Sequence record: HM114315.1
Direction: 5' to 3' (one strand)
Source of the DNA: Acinetobacter phage 133
Length of the DNA stretch: 64,000 nucleotides
Part shown: one piece after another, positions 1 through 8,904 of the stretch
Numbering within the stretch: position 1 is the first letter of the stretch
How the letters are laid out: each line of letters begins with the position of its first letter
Notes under the pieces: generated by a model
The model's database searches: none
Seen by the model: the letters and a program-made list of their open reading frames with translations, nothing else
What the model was told of the DNA's origin: nothing
Program-made: the position numbers and the translations under genes

Positions 1-170
1 TCTTCATAGCCTTCTGATGCGGTACCAAATGCGTACTTAAGCCCCTTATCCGTCATTTCCAATTCGGTGATATAAACCAGGTGTTCTTGCCCGTCTAGTA
101 AGATTGTCATTTCTTGTAGAACTGTCATTATATGCTCCTATATTAATGCGAAAGGGGCTTGCGCCCCTAC

Positions 171-1334
171 TTAGTCCTCGTCAACGAAGTCTTCAAGTTG
201 TTGCTCTTTATCAGCAGCAGATTCAGCTGGGCCAAAATTAACACCACTAATTTTGGCCGTAGTTTTAGATCCGATAAGCGCATCCACTTCAGCATCCACT
301 TCAGCATCAGATTCAATTGATCCTAATTGATATCGGGTTTCAATCGCTTTGCGGAACTCGTCGTGTTTAAATAGCGGTCCCCAGAAATCAATGCTATCAG
401 TGTCTTTTGCACGCCATGATTTTTCTTCATGTTGCATCACACCATCCACCATCATTGCTCGTTTGTACCATCCCACTTTAGGCTTAACCACAAACCCTAG
501 ATCGGTTGCCATTTCCAATAAACCTGAATACGGATCGATACCACCATCAAATTTAACAGTGATTGGGAACACTGATTTTTCTTTAACCATACGGGACTTT
601 TCGGCCTTTAGAATAAATTCATACCCGGCCAGCTCGGTACCATCTTTAACCTGACGCTTGCCAATAAAGAACACTGTATCAGCAGAATACATTACGCCGG
701 TTCCGCCCGTCATCACTTCTTTACTGAACATTTCAAGAGTTTGCAATGTATGGTTTACTGCTACACACGGAATATCTTTGATACTAAAGTATGGTGTAAC
801 AATACGAAATAACGATTTAAGTGCTTTGGCCCGAGTCATATCCGCAGTTGTTTTTTCATTCAACGCGTCCTCAGTTTCCTTTTTAGAGGCCAGGTTACCA
901 ATGGAATCAATAAAGACAATGACTTTTTCACCTCGCTTAACTTCTTCAAGTTGGTTTGTCATATCGATTTTTAATTGTTCGACCGACTGAACAGGAGTGT
1001 GAATAACACGGTCTGGATCAACGCCCATTGCTTTTAAATAAGCCGGTGTAATACCGAACTCAGAATCGTAGAACATACATACCGCATCTGGAAACGCTTT
1101 CATATATGCCGCAACCATAGTTAAACCCATATTGGATTTAAAGTGCTTTGACGGGCCTGCAAAAATAGTCAACCCTGATTGCATACCACCATTCAGGGCA
1201 CCTGAAATTGCAATATTCAACATCGGGATACGAGTACGGACTACAGTTTTATCATTAAAGAATTTGGATTTCGTTAACTCCGCGGTCATTTTTGATGTAG
1301 ATGCTTTGATTAAACGTTCTTTTAAACTTGACAT
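171..1334 (-). CDS. uvsX: UvsX RecA-like recombination protein
   Basis: 387 aa. RecA/UvsX-like sequence through the Walker A region (LTIFAGPSKHFKS) and ATPase core. Tail has an AEVDAEVDA repeat. Close to T4 UvsX in length and sequence. Confidence 0.9.
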   Translation of the reverse strand: MSSLKERLIKASTSKMTAELTKSKFFNDKTVVRTRIPMLNIAISGALNGGMQSGLTIFAGPSKHFKSNMGLTMVAAYMKAFPDAVCMFYDSEFGITPAYLKAMGVDPDRVIHTPVQSVEQLKIDMTNQLEEVKRGEKVIVFIDSIGNLASKKETEDALNEKTTADMTRAKALKSLFRIVTPYFSIKDIPCVAVNHTLQTLEMFSKEVMTGGTGVMYSADTVFFIGKRQVKDGTELAGYEFILKAEKSRMVKEKSVFPITVKFDGGIDPYSGLLEMATDLGFVVKPKVGWYKRAMMVDGVMQHEEKSWRAKDTDSIDFWGPLFKHDEFRKAIETRYQLGSIESDAEVDAEVDALIGSKTTAKISGVNFGPAESAADKEQQLEDFVDED

Positions 1335-1374
1335 AATTACCTCGGGTAATCATAATGTTCTCCTCACGTTTTAG

Positions 1375-1905
1375 TTAATGTTTGTAACGCCAAATGAATC
1401 CAAGAGATGTTTTGTTTCCATCGCTTAAATTCAATCGAGCACATGTAGATATTAAATCATTTTTTCTGAAGCATGGAGAAGAAATTGATTCTCCTGCGTC
1501 CATTGGTGATCGGTACACGGCCAGGATATTTCCTGTAATGGGTTCGATCTGAATAACTGGAGTTGCTGCCCATCTCGCCCGGGCACTAATCTTGGCGCAC
1601 GTATAAGACGATACATATCGCCCAGTTGCTTGCTCAATTACTTTGGCACGCTTAATTACATATGCCTTTGTACCTTGAGAACACATAAAATTCCAAGCGG
1701 CCCGCATTTCGGGGGAGTCTGGATAAATCTTACGCAATAACATATGTGCAAGACAATGTTCTCTTGGAGTCAAGGCAACCAGGTTTGATGGGTGGTCGGT
1801 ACCACCCAAAGATCTAGGCACAATGTGGTGTACTTCTTTAGGCGACGGTTCAGGGCGCTGACCAGCAATAGTCACGAGTTGATTATAGATCTTTAGGTAA
1901 TCCAT
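1375..1905 (-). CDS. HNH-family endonuclease, probable free-standing homing endonuclease
   Basis: 176 aa. HNH-type motif HHIVPRSLGG...HPSNLVALTPREHCLAH near the N-terminus. Inserted between uvsX and upstream ORFs where T4 has other genes. Confidence 0.55.
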   Translation of the reverse strand: MDYLKIYNQLVTIAGQRPEPSPKEVHHIVPRSLGGTDHPSNLVALTPREHCLAHMLLRKIYPDSPEMRAAWNFMCSQGTKAYVIKRAKVIEQATGRYVSSYTCAKISARARWAATPVIQIEPITGNILAVYRSPMDAGESISSPCFRKNDLISTCARLNLSDGNKTSLGFIWRYKH

Positions 1906-2303
1906 TATCGCACCTTTAGCTCAAATACAATACGAGCAGGGTATTCAGTGTGGTCACCCAGAGACGGACCGCTTGGTGGATCATACTTAACAGTGAGCTG
2001 GGATTTAAATGAACCCTCACGCAAACCTTTTTCAAGAGCATCGTACAGTTGGTACACAGTCATGCCTTGAATCTTTGGTGTCGTGACATGCTGGTATTTG
2101 TCATATGTATTGTTTGTTACGATTTGATAACGGATTTGTTCTTCTGCCTTACACAGTAAAATCCCAGCTTCAACTGTAATTCGTTCTTCTTTAGACTGAC
2201 ACATTGATAATAAATCGATACCCATATTTGATACCTCTGTAGGGTTTGACGGTTTAAATAATTGATAAAGTTTTTGGAAATCTATATATCCTGATTTATG
2301 CAT
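1905..2303 (-). CDS. hypothetical protein (start adjusted to an internal Met to avoid a 50-nt overlap)
   Basis: ORF track 1905..2357. The internal Met (MHKSGYIDF...) leaves a 4-nt gap to the upstream stop. Confidence 0.35.
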   Translation of the reverse strand: MHKSGYIDFQKLYQLFKPSNPTEVSNMGIDLLSMCQSKEERITVEAGILLCKAEEQIRYQIVTNNTYDKYQHVTTPKIQGMTVYQLYDALEKGLREGSFKSQLTVKYDPPSGPSLGDHTEYPARIVFELKVR

Positions 2304-2307
2304 CTGG

Positions 2308-2751
2308 TCAATTGAATAGAACCCAATGTAATGGATTTGACTCCATAGGTTCAACAACTACCAATACTTCACCATCCCAGAAACGTACTTTATACTGAGG
2401 CTTAAGATCGCCAATACCACCTTCTGATAAAGGCCACCCATCAGTGGTGTCTAATGAGAACACAACTTCGACAATGCAAGGTTCCAATTTCAGCGCTTTA
2501 TCACGTTGTCGGGTAATGTTGGCAGTAGTCAAACAAATATCTGATTCCCGATCACGGGAGAATTCTGAAAAATTACGACCGAACTCGGTTATAACCCATA
2601 CCCATTTTGACCCCACTCGCTCTACTTCACCAGGCAATACTTTGAAGCCCATAATATCAAAAGGTACACCTTGCTTAAAAATATATCCTTCGAAAGTGCC
2701 GCATTCAATGCCAAAGGGTTTAAGTTCGCGATAAGGTAATTTCATTTTCAT
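2308..2751 (-). CDS. hypothetical protein
   Basis: 147-aa ORF in the co-directional gene array; no recognisable motif. Confidence 0.4.
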   Translation of the reverse strand: MKMKLPYRELKPFGIECGTFEGYIFKQGVPFDIMGFKVLPGEVERVGSKWVWVITEFGRNFSEFSRDRESDICLTTANITRQRDKALKLEPCIVEVVFSLDTTDGWPLSEGGIGDLKPQYKVRFWDGEVLVVVEPMESNPLHWVLFN

Positions 2752-3356
2752 TTCAGTCCTGTTGGAATAGCGTACGCATTATTGTGAAAATCATACGCTG
2801 GCATACTAAGGCCCATTTGAGATTCAATGTCAAACTGGGCAACGCCGTCAAAATAACGTGTATAAAACGCTTTACGAGCTGCAATAATATCACGAATTTC
2901 ATGAAGCGAAATTAATTTAAAGCCAATATTTTCCATTGAGGTATTGAAATAACGACAGTCGTTAATTGTAGCATGATGCACATGGCCATGGAGATTGACC
3001 TTACCCCGAAGCTCAGCAGGGTGAATCGGCGCGTGCGTGATCCAGAACTCTTTGTACTTGACCATTGCATGCACTTCATCAAAGCATTCAACCAGCACAT
3101 CCATTGGAACATGTTCTGTACAATGATTACCGGCTACTAACACCTTCTGACCGGGCCATTTAGCAATGCGGCGGGCCATTTCTTCGGTGAAGGCAGTATC
3201 CCCCGTCATATAGCACTTATCACGCTTAGTTACGCGATCATGATATGCTTTTTCAATTGCTTCAAAATGATCCTGGACATCGCGAAATTGTGGTCGATAT
3301 TTACAAATATTGTTGTGACCTAAATGGAAGTCACCGCCAAATAATACGTTACTCAT
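2748..3356 (-). CDS. calcineurin-like metallophosphoesterase (Ser/Thr phosphatase-like)
   Basis: Motifs GDFHLGHNN (GDxHG), VAGNHCTEH (GNH[DE]) and HGHVH. Start taken at the internal Met MSNVLFGGDFH, which gives an ATGA-type junction with the upstream gene; the ORF track extends to 3407. Confidence 0.55.
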   Translation of the reverse strand: MSNVLFGGDFHLGHNNICKYRPQFRDVQDHFEAIEKAYHDRVTKRDKCYMTGDTAFTEEMARRIAKWPGQKVLVAGNHCTEHVPMDVLVECFDEVHAMVKYKEFWITHAPIHPAELRGKVNLHGHVHHATINDCRYFNTSMENIGFKLISLHEIRDIIAARKAFYTRYFDGVAQFDIESQMGLSMPAYDFHNNAYAIPTGLK

Positions 3357-3691
3357 TTTTGGCCTCCAAATTTGACCAGGATTTGTTTTGAATGCCGAGC
3401 CTGGCAAATTAATTTATTGTACTCACGCATCTGATTTTCGCATTTTAACAACTGATGACTGTGAATTAATAGCCCTGGCATATACGTCATTTTACATTTT
3501 GCAATATGATCTTTGTGGTGACGAATCAAACGCTTTAAGTCATCTTTTAACCATATCAGAGCGTCAATAATTGAAACATGATAATCCAAGCTGCACGGGA
3601 TCGCATACATAATGTTAAAGCTATGTGATGGTATCGAATTTACAAGGTTTTCGTAGTGTCGTTTTTTCGTGTAGTAATTTAAATCATTCAT
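3353..3691 (-). CDS. hypothetical protein
   Basis: 112-aa ORF in the array. Confidence 0.35.
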   Translation of the reverse strand: MNDLNYYTKKRHYENLVNSIPSHSFNIMYAIPCSLDYHVSIIDALIWLKDDLKRLIRHHKDHIAKCKMTYMPGLLIHSHQLLKCENQMREYNKLICQARHSKQILVKFGGQK

Positions 3692-3692
3692 A

Positions 3693-4061
3693 TCACACCA
3701 TAAATTTGTGGCCTAAAAATAAGCCAATCATTAATCCAATAAAGGGCCCAAAAAATTGTAACCAGGAGAACCGCACACCTTCTGTCACCGCTCGAGCAGG
3801 CAACGTTTCCTCATTATCATAATCATACACCACAATAGGTGGACCGTCAATCTCCGGTGGTACAATAATTGGCTTTGGTTTCTCGTACAATTCAAACCGT
3901 TGTGGGTCGCCAGTGGAAACACACTTTAGTCTTTTCCCATTATACAAAACCAATTGGCCACGTTTGTACGTTTTGTCGGGTTGCCACTTAGTGATAGGTA
4001 AATCCGCAACGTTATATTGATCCATTAGTCCACCGTTGTATAAGGAATTGCCTTCAAGCAC
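3693..4061 (-). CDS. hypothetical protein with C-terminal transmembrane helix
   Basis: 122 aa; C-terminal hydrophobic stretch FFGPFIGLMIGLFLG. Confidence 0.4.
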   Translation of the reverse strand: MLEGNSLYNGGLMDQYNVADLPITKWQPDKTYKRGQLVLYNGKRLKCVSTGDPQRFELYEKPKPIIVPPEIDGPPIVVYDYDNEETLPARAVTEGVRFSWLQFFGPFIGLMIGLFLGHKFMV

Positions 4062-4261
4062 TCAACTTGTTTGGGTTTCAAAATGGTTGATTTGCCAGTA
4101 CGCAAGTTTTTGGCCCCGATTTCAGCTGCGCACCCGTAACTGACTGAAGGCACATAACTCAGTTCTAGGTCAGTTGGGAATTGACCTTCACATAGCTCAA
4201 CAATTTTCACTCGACTTTTTGGATCTGTTTCAATTCGGATTGTACGTTTAAGCGTTAACAT
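4025..4261 (-). CDS. hypothetical small protein
   Basis: 78-aa ORF. Confidence 0.3.
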   Translation of the reverse strand: MLTLKRTIRIETDPKSRVKIVELCEGQFPTDLELSYVPSVSYGCAAEIGAKNLRTGKSTILKPKQVECLKAIPYTTVD

Positions 4262-4628
4262 ATGTGGAGTCTCCTCGGGTTAGGGTTACTTGGATGCTGA
4301 CTTGAGCAGTAAAAGATTTTGACACCAAAACCGACAACTGGTTATCACCCAATAAATCTGGATGAATGCCTCTCAACGATCGGCTCAGCTTTTCTTGTAG
4401 CTTTGCGGCTGAAAAAGTATGATCGCAGTCATATACTTCTTTGAACTCAAACGTATTACGGTTTGGGTTTTTAGTGACCGCTTCACTGAGTTTGGTAAAG
4501 ACATGATCCAACCATTGTTGTTTTTGCTTCGCAATATCAGCAGGAGGTTTTTTGTTTGGATTTTCCAACAGTAATTTATTAAAGTTCATTGAACACCTTC
4601 GATTCAATACCGTACGCAATAGGATCAC
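4248..4628 (-). CDS. hypothetical protein
   Basis: 126-aa ORF; the true start may be the internal Met MNFNK (about 4589). Confidence 0.35.
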   Translation of the reverse strand: MILLRTVLNRRCSMNFNKLLLENPNKKPPADIAKQKQQWLDHVFTKLSEAVTKNPNRNTFEFKEVYDCDHTFSAAKLQEKLSRSLRGIHPDLLGDNQLSVLVSKSFTAQVSIQVTLTRGDSTYVNA

Positions 4629-4986
4629 GGTGTAAAGTCATAGTAATTTTCATGTGTAAAGTTTCTGCGCCCTGCATGTTTGCGTTCGAGTTGGCCTTTT
4701 TAACGGGCTCCATAGATACGGATAAACGCGTCTTTTCTTCAGTCGTTAAATTGTTAACCAGATACGTCTTGAACTTCGTTTTGAATATATCCGGGTCGCC
4801 CTCATTTTGATGACCTTCGTATAAGTCAACATAATCGATCAGTTCAAACTTTTCTTTATACTGCACTAGACGGATTGAATTGCCTAGACCGTTAATAAAT
4901 GAGATAAAAGTCTGGTGAATTATACTTGTGTAATTAAACCCGTTTGGGTGTTTCGCAAGTTCTTCAAATAAATTGTTGCGTTTCAT
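4579..4986 (-). CDS. hypothetical protein
   Basis: 135-aa ORF. Confidence 0.4.
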   Translation of the reverse strand: MKRNNLFEELAKHPNGFNYTSIIHQTFISFINGLGNSIRLVQYKEKFELIDYVDLYEGHQNEGDPDIFKTKFKTYLVNNLTTEEKTRLSVSMEPVKKANSNANMQGAETLHMKITMTLHRDPIAYGIESKVFNEL

Positions 4987-5327
4987 TAGTACATGTCCTC
5001 AGAATATAAAGTACCAGGTTGACCCGTAACACGACGAATTTGATTTGCATTCTTTGCAACTTCCCAGGCTTCTTCCCGTGTTAAGAAATCACGACGGTTT
5101 GATACAAAACCTTGATCCCAATCATGATAACGCACAAGTTCCCCAGACGGAGTGTGTGAACCAAAAATTTTATCTGTAATTTCGTAAAAGTCTGGAGACC
5201 CGTGACGCTTACACATAACCACAAGACCATCCGGGCTACGATTTGCTGCGCTAATAATAATCTCAGGTAACTCAATATAACCTGTACGTTCATTTACATC
5301 TTTAAGAGGTCGACCGGTCATTTGCAA
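4986..5327 (-). CDS. hypothetical protein
   Basis: 113-aa ORF. Confidence 0.4.
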   Translation of the reverse strand: MQMTGRPLKDVNERTGYIELPEIIISAANRSPDGLVVMCKRHGSPDFYEITDKIFGSHTPSGELVRYHDWDQGFVSNRRDFLTREEAWEVAKNANQIRRVTGQPGTLYSEDMY

Positions 5328-5659
5328 TGCTCCTGTACAATATTCAAGTGTTTCAGTTTAAGATCCAAAAAGGAATCTCGTTGTACTTCGCCCGTAGAGA
5401 GGGCTTGCTGTTTACCATCGCGATTATACACAATTTTATATGTTACACCACGACCTTTAGAACGAATTTGAGGAAAAATCAAACATTGTCCTCGATCGCT
5501 AGCGATCATCATTTTTACAGATCGCGACACATACTCAGATTGGACTTTACCAGATAATGCATATTCGGGAACCTCATTACCATGGGCTGGACAAAATGCA
5601 CCGCCGATACCCAAAGCAAGAATAATACCAGTGCTGATAAGAAAACTACGAGGGCTCAC
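5318..5659 (-). CDS. hypothetical secreted/periplasmic protein
   Basis: N-terminal signal-peptide-like segment MSPRSFLISTGIILALGIGGAFCPAHG. Confidence 0.4.
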   Translation of the reverse strand: MSPRSFLISTGIILALGIGGAFCPAHGNEVPEYALSGKVQSEYVSRSVKMMIASDRGQCLIFPQIRSKGRGVTYKIVYNRDGKQQALSTGEVQRDSFLDLKLKHLNIVQEHCK

Positions 5660-5910
5660 ACAGATGCTCCCATTCCAAATAGCAATACCATAATTGCGAC
5701 TGCAATTGTCAACCCAGTAACAACAAGAAAGTTTTTAAAACTTGTGTTAAGCACGGCCATAATTAACGCTGCAAACCAACCCACAATAGTCCAACCAAGA
5801 CAAGTATTGATTAGAAAAATAATCATTGCTGGTGCAGCTTGGCCTTTCCAAGCAATAAAGGTTGGATAAAAATATACCAACACAAATAAAATACCGACAG
5901 TTAAAATCAT
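5656..5910 (-). CDS. small two-helix membrane protein, Imm-like by position
   Basis: 84 aa, almost entirely hydrophobic. Sits directly downstream of gene 43, where T4 has imm. Confidence 0.35.
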   Translation of the reverse strand: MILTVGILFVLVYFYPTFIAWKGQAAPAMIIFLINTCLGWTIVGWFAALIMAVLNTSFKNFLVVTGLTIAVAIMVLLFGMGASV

Positions 5911-5973
5911 AGTTAAATTCCATATGAATATGGCTCATTATAAACGAGCCATATTCAATTGTACAACTTTATT

Positions 5974-7152
5974 TTAGAAGAAATCAAACATATCTGCCAA
6001 TGATGCACGATGTTCATAATGAATATCACATGCTGTACATAAAGCTTGCAATGGTTTAATGAATGATTTGGTGAATAGAGCAGGGTAATCAATTGCATCA
6101 ATTACGTCTTGTCGAATTTCCCGGGGCAATTCTGTTCCAGACGGCCATGCGATCGATTCAGAGTCAAACATATTGCCAGGTTGAAGAGGGAGTATCATTA
6201 CTTTTTCACCTTCACGAATTCGGACCATGCCTGGGAATCCGTCCGCGATTCGGTGATAGGCTAATACTGCTTTGATGTGGCCTGGGCATCCTTTAATTGG
6301 CAACCCCTTCGAGTCACTATATTTGGCAATATTATTGGCAGACGAAACTGATGCAATAGTTTTATAGTTCAATTGACGATACTCTTTTTCGTACTTCAGG
6401 AAGTATTCGTGCAATGAACTTTCACCTTCAATAAGCATCAGTCGAATTGACTCTTTTAATGCTTTTTGTACAGATTTTGGTGTGCTTGATTTCTGAGTTT
6501 CAAGGCCCATGATCTTAAGTTTAGGCTCAACAAAACGAACCCCTTCCATATCCCACACACAAAGAGCGTATCGTTTTTTCGCGGTCCAGAATCCACCCAA
6601 CCCGTGAGAACCGATTGGAGGACAAGCAATAGCTTCTCGGTCCATGAACATTAAATGTTCTCGGTTATTCATGTACTCGCATAGCTCACGATATCCTTTG
6701 TCAATGACTGGTTCCATGTTGTTCTTGCCAAATTTGTCCAGGAAGTCAACCAGCTTAGTTGTGGTGTCAAATTTGTCCATACCGAGTTTATTGATCAATA
6801 GTTCAACGTTTACATAGATAGAATCCGTATCACAATAGAAAACATACTCAAAGTTTGTGGTACCACATAATTGATTGAGATACTCATTTACTTTCCGGGC
6901 AATCCACTGAATAGCTACACGACCAAAGGTTGTAATGGCCGTTGCATTGCGCAGATCATACATACGGAAGTGAATGTTGCCCAGTGCACCGTATAATGAA
7001 TTTAATAAAATTTTTCGGTTCTGCTGGTTTGTGTCGCATTTTATTTCGTATCCATTACATTCAGCCAAGATGCGTTTAAGCTCTTCGTCCGTACATGTTT
7101 CAAGATACGCAATCTCGTCTTCATTAAATTTAATGCCGTAGTTTAATTCCAT
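5974..7152 (-). CDS. 43B: DNA polymerase gp43, C-terminal segment (43B; palm/thumb with YCDTDS motif)
   Basis: Carries the PolB motif C (YCDTDSIYV) and matches the T4 gp43 C-terminal region. Start taken at MELNYGIKF, which has a GGAGA Shine-Dalgarno 5 nt upstream. The ORF track starts at 7179 with a non-ATG codon. Confidence 0.85.
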   Translation of the reverse strand: MELNYGIKFNEDEIAYLETCTDEELKRILAECNGYEIKCDTNQQNRKILLNSLYGALGNIHFRMYDLRNATAITTFGRVAIQWIARKVNEYLNQLCGTTNFEYVFYCDTDSIYVNVELLINKLGMDKFDTTTKLVDFLDKFGKNNMEPVIDKGYRELCEYMNNREHLMFMDREAIACPPIGSHGLGGFWTAKKRYALCVWDMEGVRFVEPKLKIMGLETQKSSTPKSVQKALKESIRLMLIEGESSLHEYFLKYEKEYRQLNYKTIASVSSANNIAKYSDSKGLPIKGCPGHIKAVLAYHRIADGFPGMVRIREGEKVMILPLQPGNMFDSESIAWPSGTELPREIRQDVIDAIDYPALFTKSFIKPLQALCTACDIHYEHRASLADMFDFF

Positions 7153-7170
7153 TATGTCTCCAAAAATAAA

Positions 7171-7190
7171 AAGGACCACTAAGGTCCTTA
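7171..7190 (-). terminator. intrinsic terminator / operator-like hairpin just upstream of the 43B Shine-Dalgarno
   Basis: AAGGACC-nnnn-GGTCCTT hairpin followed on the minus strand by UUUUUAUUUUU, then GGAGA and the 43B ATG. Confidence 0.55.
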
Positions 7191-7206
7191 ATTATATCAA
7201 ATATGA

Positions 7207-7512
7207 CTAAAGCATACGGGCCGGCATATAAGGTGTATTTTTAGCACCTTTTACAGGAACCATAATGCGATCTTCAGACAACATTGTTCTGCACTTTTTA
7301 CACATTGTAATAGTTTCAACTTCAAACATTCGAGACGTTTGAGCATTGCGTTTACTCGCTTGAGTAAAATATGCCTTATGGTTAAATCCCGTGTTTTCAT
7401 ATTTGCCAGTGTATACCCCACGAGTCATTGGATCATGCTCGCAACGAAGTTTAAGTACAATTAATAAACGTTGAATCATTTTCTGTAAAAATTTCATAAT
7501 AAATTCCTTCAT
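7207..7512 (-). CDS. hypothetical small protein with CxxH...CxxC (possible zinc ribbon)
   Basis: 101 aa with RCEHD...CKKC. Last gene of the insertion that splits gene 43. Confidence 0.3.
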   Translation of the reverse strand: MKEFIMKFLQKMIQRLLIVLKLRCEHDPMTRGVYTGKYENTGFNHKAYFTQASKRNAQTSRMFEVETITMCKKCRTMLSEDRIMVPVKGAKNTPYMPARML

Positions 7513-7583
7513 TGGTTTCGTTCATTGTATATTATATTATAGCTTAAGTACATCTATTTAAATTAACCCATCATTGGACACAA

Positions 7584-8321
7584 TCATAATTCCAATTTCC
7601 CGGCAAATTGGGCAATAGGTAGCCACTCTGTTTCTGATTCTTCATCATCTGCCCATGCAAATAATAATTGATCTACAGGACGCGGTGGTTGAGGGCTATG
7701 ACGGATTACATTGACCCATAGTTGCATAGATCCAGACGGCCCTTGCACAATTTCACTAATTGGATACCCTTGAAATAATTCTAAACCTTTATCATCCGTA
7801 ATATGGCGCACCATCACGCCAATTAAGGGATGAATAGGTTTCAAAGGCTTTCCCTCGGGTAAATCATCTAATTGGTACACAATGATGTCCAAATTCGGCG
7901 TTACTTCATTGATGATTTGTTCAATTACAGCCCAGTCACCACCTGCAATTCCAGCACCAATTTTTGGGATACCTACTTCAGGTCGACCTACTATAATGGA
8001 TGGTAAAATGAGGTCTAATTTTGTGAATAATGCGCGAATTGCGGTGTACAGATATTTAGGATCTGCTCGGCCTGGATTAAATTGTGTGTACCCGTTAACA
8101 ATTTTTCCATATGGTGTTTCGGCAAGCGTATATCCACCCCGTTTATCTCGACCATATTGGGTCAGCTTGTCAGCATCATACGCAACTGGAAATTGCTTTG
8201 CAATAGCCGCAGCGATACCAGCGCCCATAGTATGGAAGCAATTGCATCCATGCACAATAGCATCAAATTTACGCTCGCGGAAAGCGTCAAGTAAATCACC
8301 TTTTACGTATTGAGTAATCAT
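7584..8321 (-). CDS. macro-domain (ADP-ribose binding/hydrolase-like) protein with C-terminal extension
   Basis: VHGCNCFHTMGAGIAAAI resembles the macro N-terminal motif (NAAN..GGGV..AI). PKIGAGIAGGDW resembles the second glycine-rich macro motif. The ORF track extends to 8348; the start here is the internal Met MITQYV. Confidence 0.5.
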   Translation of the reverse strand: MITQYVKGDLLDAFRERKFDAIVHGCNCFHTMGAGIAAAIAKQFPVAYDADKLTQYGRDKRGGYTLAETPYGKIVNGYTQFNPGRADPKYLYTAIRALFTKLDLILPSIIVGRPEVGIPKIGAGIAGGDWAVIEQIINEVTPNLDIIVYQLDDLPEGKPLKPIHPLIGVMVRHITDDKGLELFQGYPISEIVQGPSGSMQLWVNVIRHSPQPPRPVDQLLFAWADDEESETEWLPIAQFAGKLEL

Positions 8322-8623
8322 TATTTCTCCTCCGAATAAATGATGCATTGCATGAAAGTATGATAGTCCAAATACACGGTGTCGAGTCCGTCATCACAGT
8401 CAGCCCAAGCAAAATTCAAATAACAATCATCAAATACTTTGCCATCGTTGGTGTAAATTTTCAATCGAGGTGACATATTAGTATCAAAATATGAACGGAC
8501 CTCAACAACATGGCCTGTGATTTCAGGATGAGTTTTATGTTGGTATATTACACCAATTAACGGGTGTAATATAGTAGAGGGCCAGTTAGTCGTACCCTCT
8601 AAAATAGGTAAATGTGGAATCAT
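8321..8623 (-). CDS. hypothetical protein
   Basis: 100-aa ORF inside the gene-43 insertion. Confidence 0.35.
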   Translation of the reverse strand: MIPHLPILEGTTNWPSTILHPLIGVIYQHKTHPEITGHVVEVRSYFDTNMSPRLKIYTNDGKVFDDCYLNFAWADCDDGLDTVYLDYHTFMQCIIYSEEK

Positions 8624-8904
8624 ATTTGCACTCCAAAGAAAGCAGTTAATACTTTAAACGGACGATTCAACGCCTGGTCAGTTAATAGACTATCGGTAGC
8701 CACCATGGTTACCAATTCAGGGCCGCCGTTTGGGCATTGAACATCAAGTGAAACTTTTAAATTACGTACAATATCATCAATTGTTCCACGGTGATTAGGC
8801 ATGGTATTCAACGCTTGATCAATAACCGGGTGTAATTCAACAACAAAACCATCTAGTCCAGGTTGGATAATCATTGGACCAACCATAATGTTAAACTGAT
8901 GCAT
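8620..8904 (-). CDS. hypothetical protein (start at internal Met MHQFNIMVGP)
   Basis: The N-terminal part of the tracked ORF 8620..9084 looks non-coding (R/L-rich). The C-terminal ~94 aa look protein-like. Confidence 0.3.
   Translation of the reverse strand: MHQFNIMVGPMIIQPGLDGFVVELHPVIDQALNTMPNHRGTIDDIVRNLKVSLDVQCPNGGPELVTMVATDSLLTDQALNRPFKVLTAFFGVQI

Noticed and set aside
286-312. Tandem 12-nt repeat gcatccacttca x2 (plus a partial third) inside uvsX
   Set aside because: It is in frame and encodes the AEVDAEVDA acidic tail of UvsX. It is a coding low-complexity repeat, not a regulatory or CRISPR-like element.
349-1374. Plus-strand ORFs (349..654, 658..990, 1132..1374) antisense to uvsX
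   Set aside because: They are fully embedded antisense in a well-conserved gene with biased, low-complexity translations. This is typical of shadow ORFs. The same reasoning applies to the other short opposite-strand ORFs inside gp46, gp44, gp43, gp6, gp7, gp10, gp12, wac and gp17 listed in the track.
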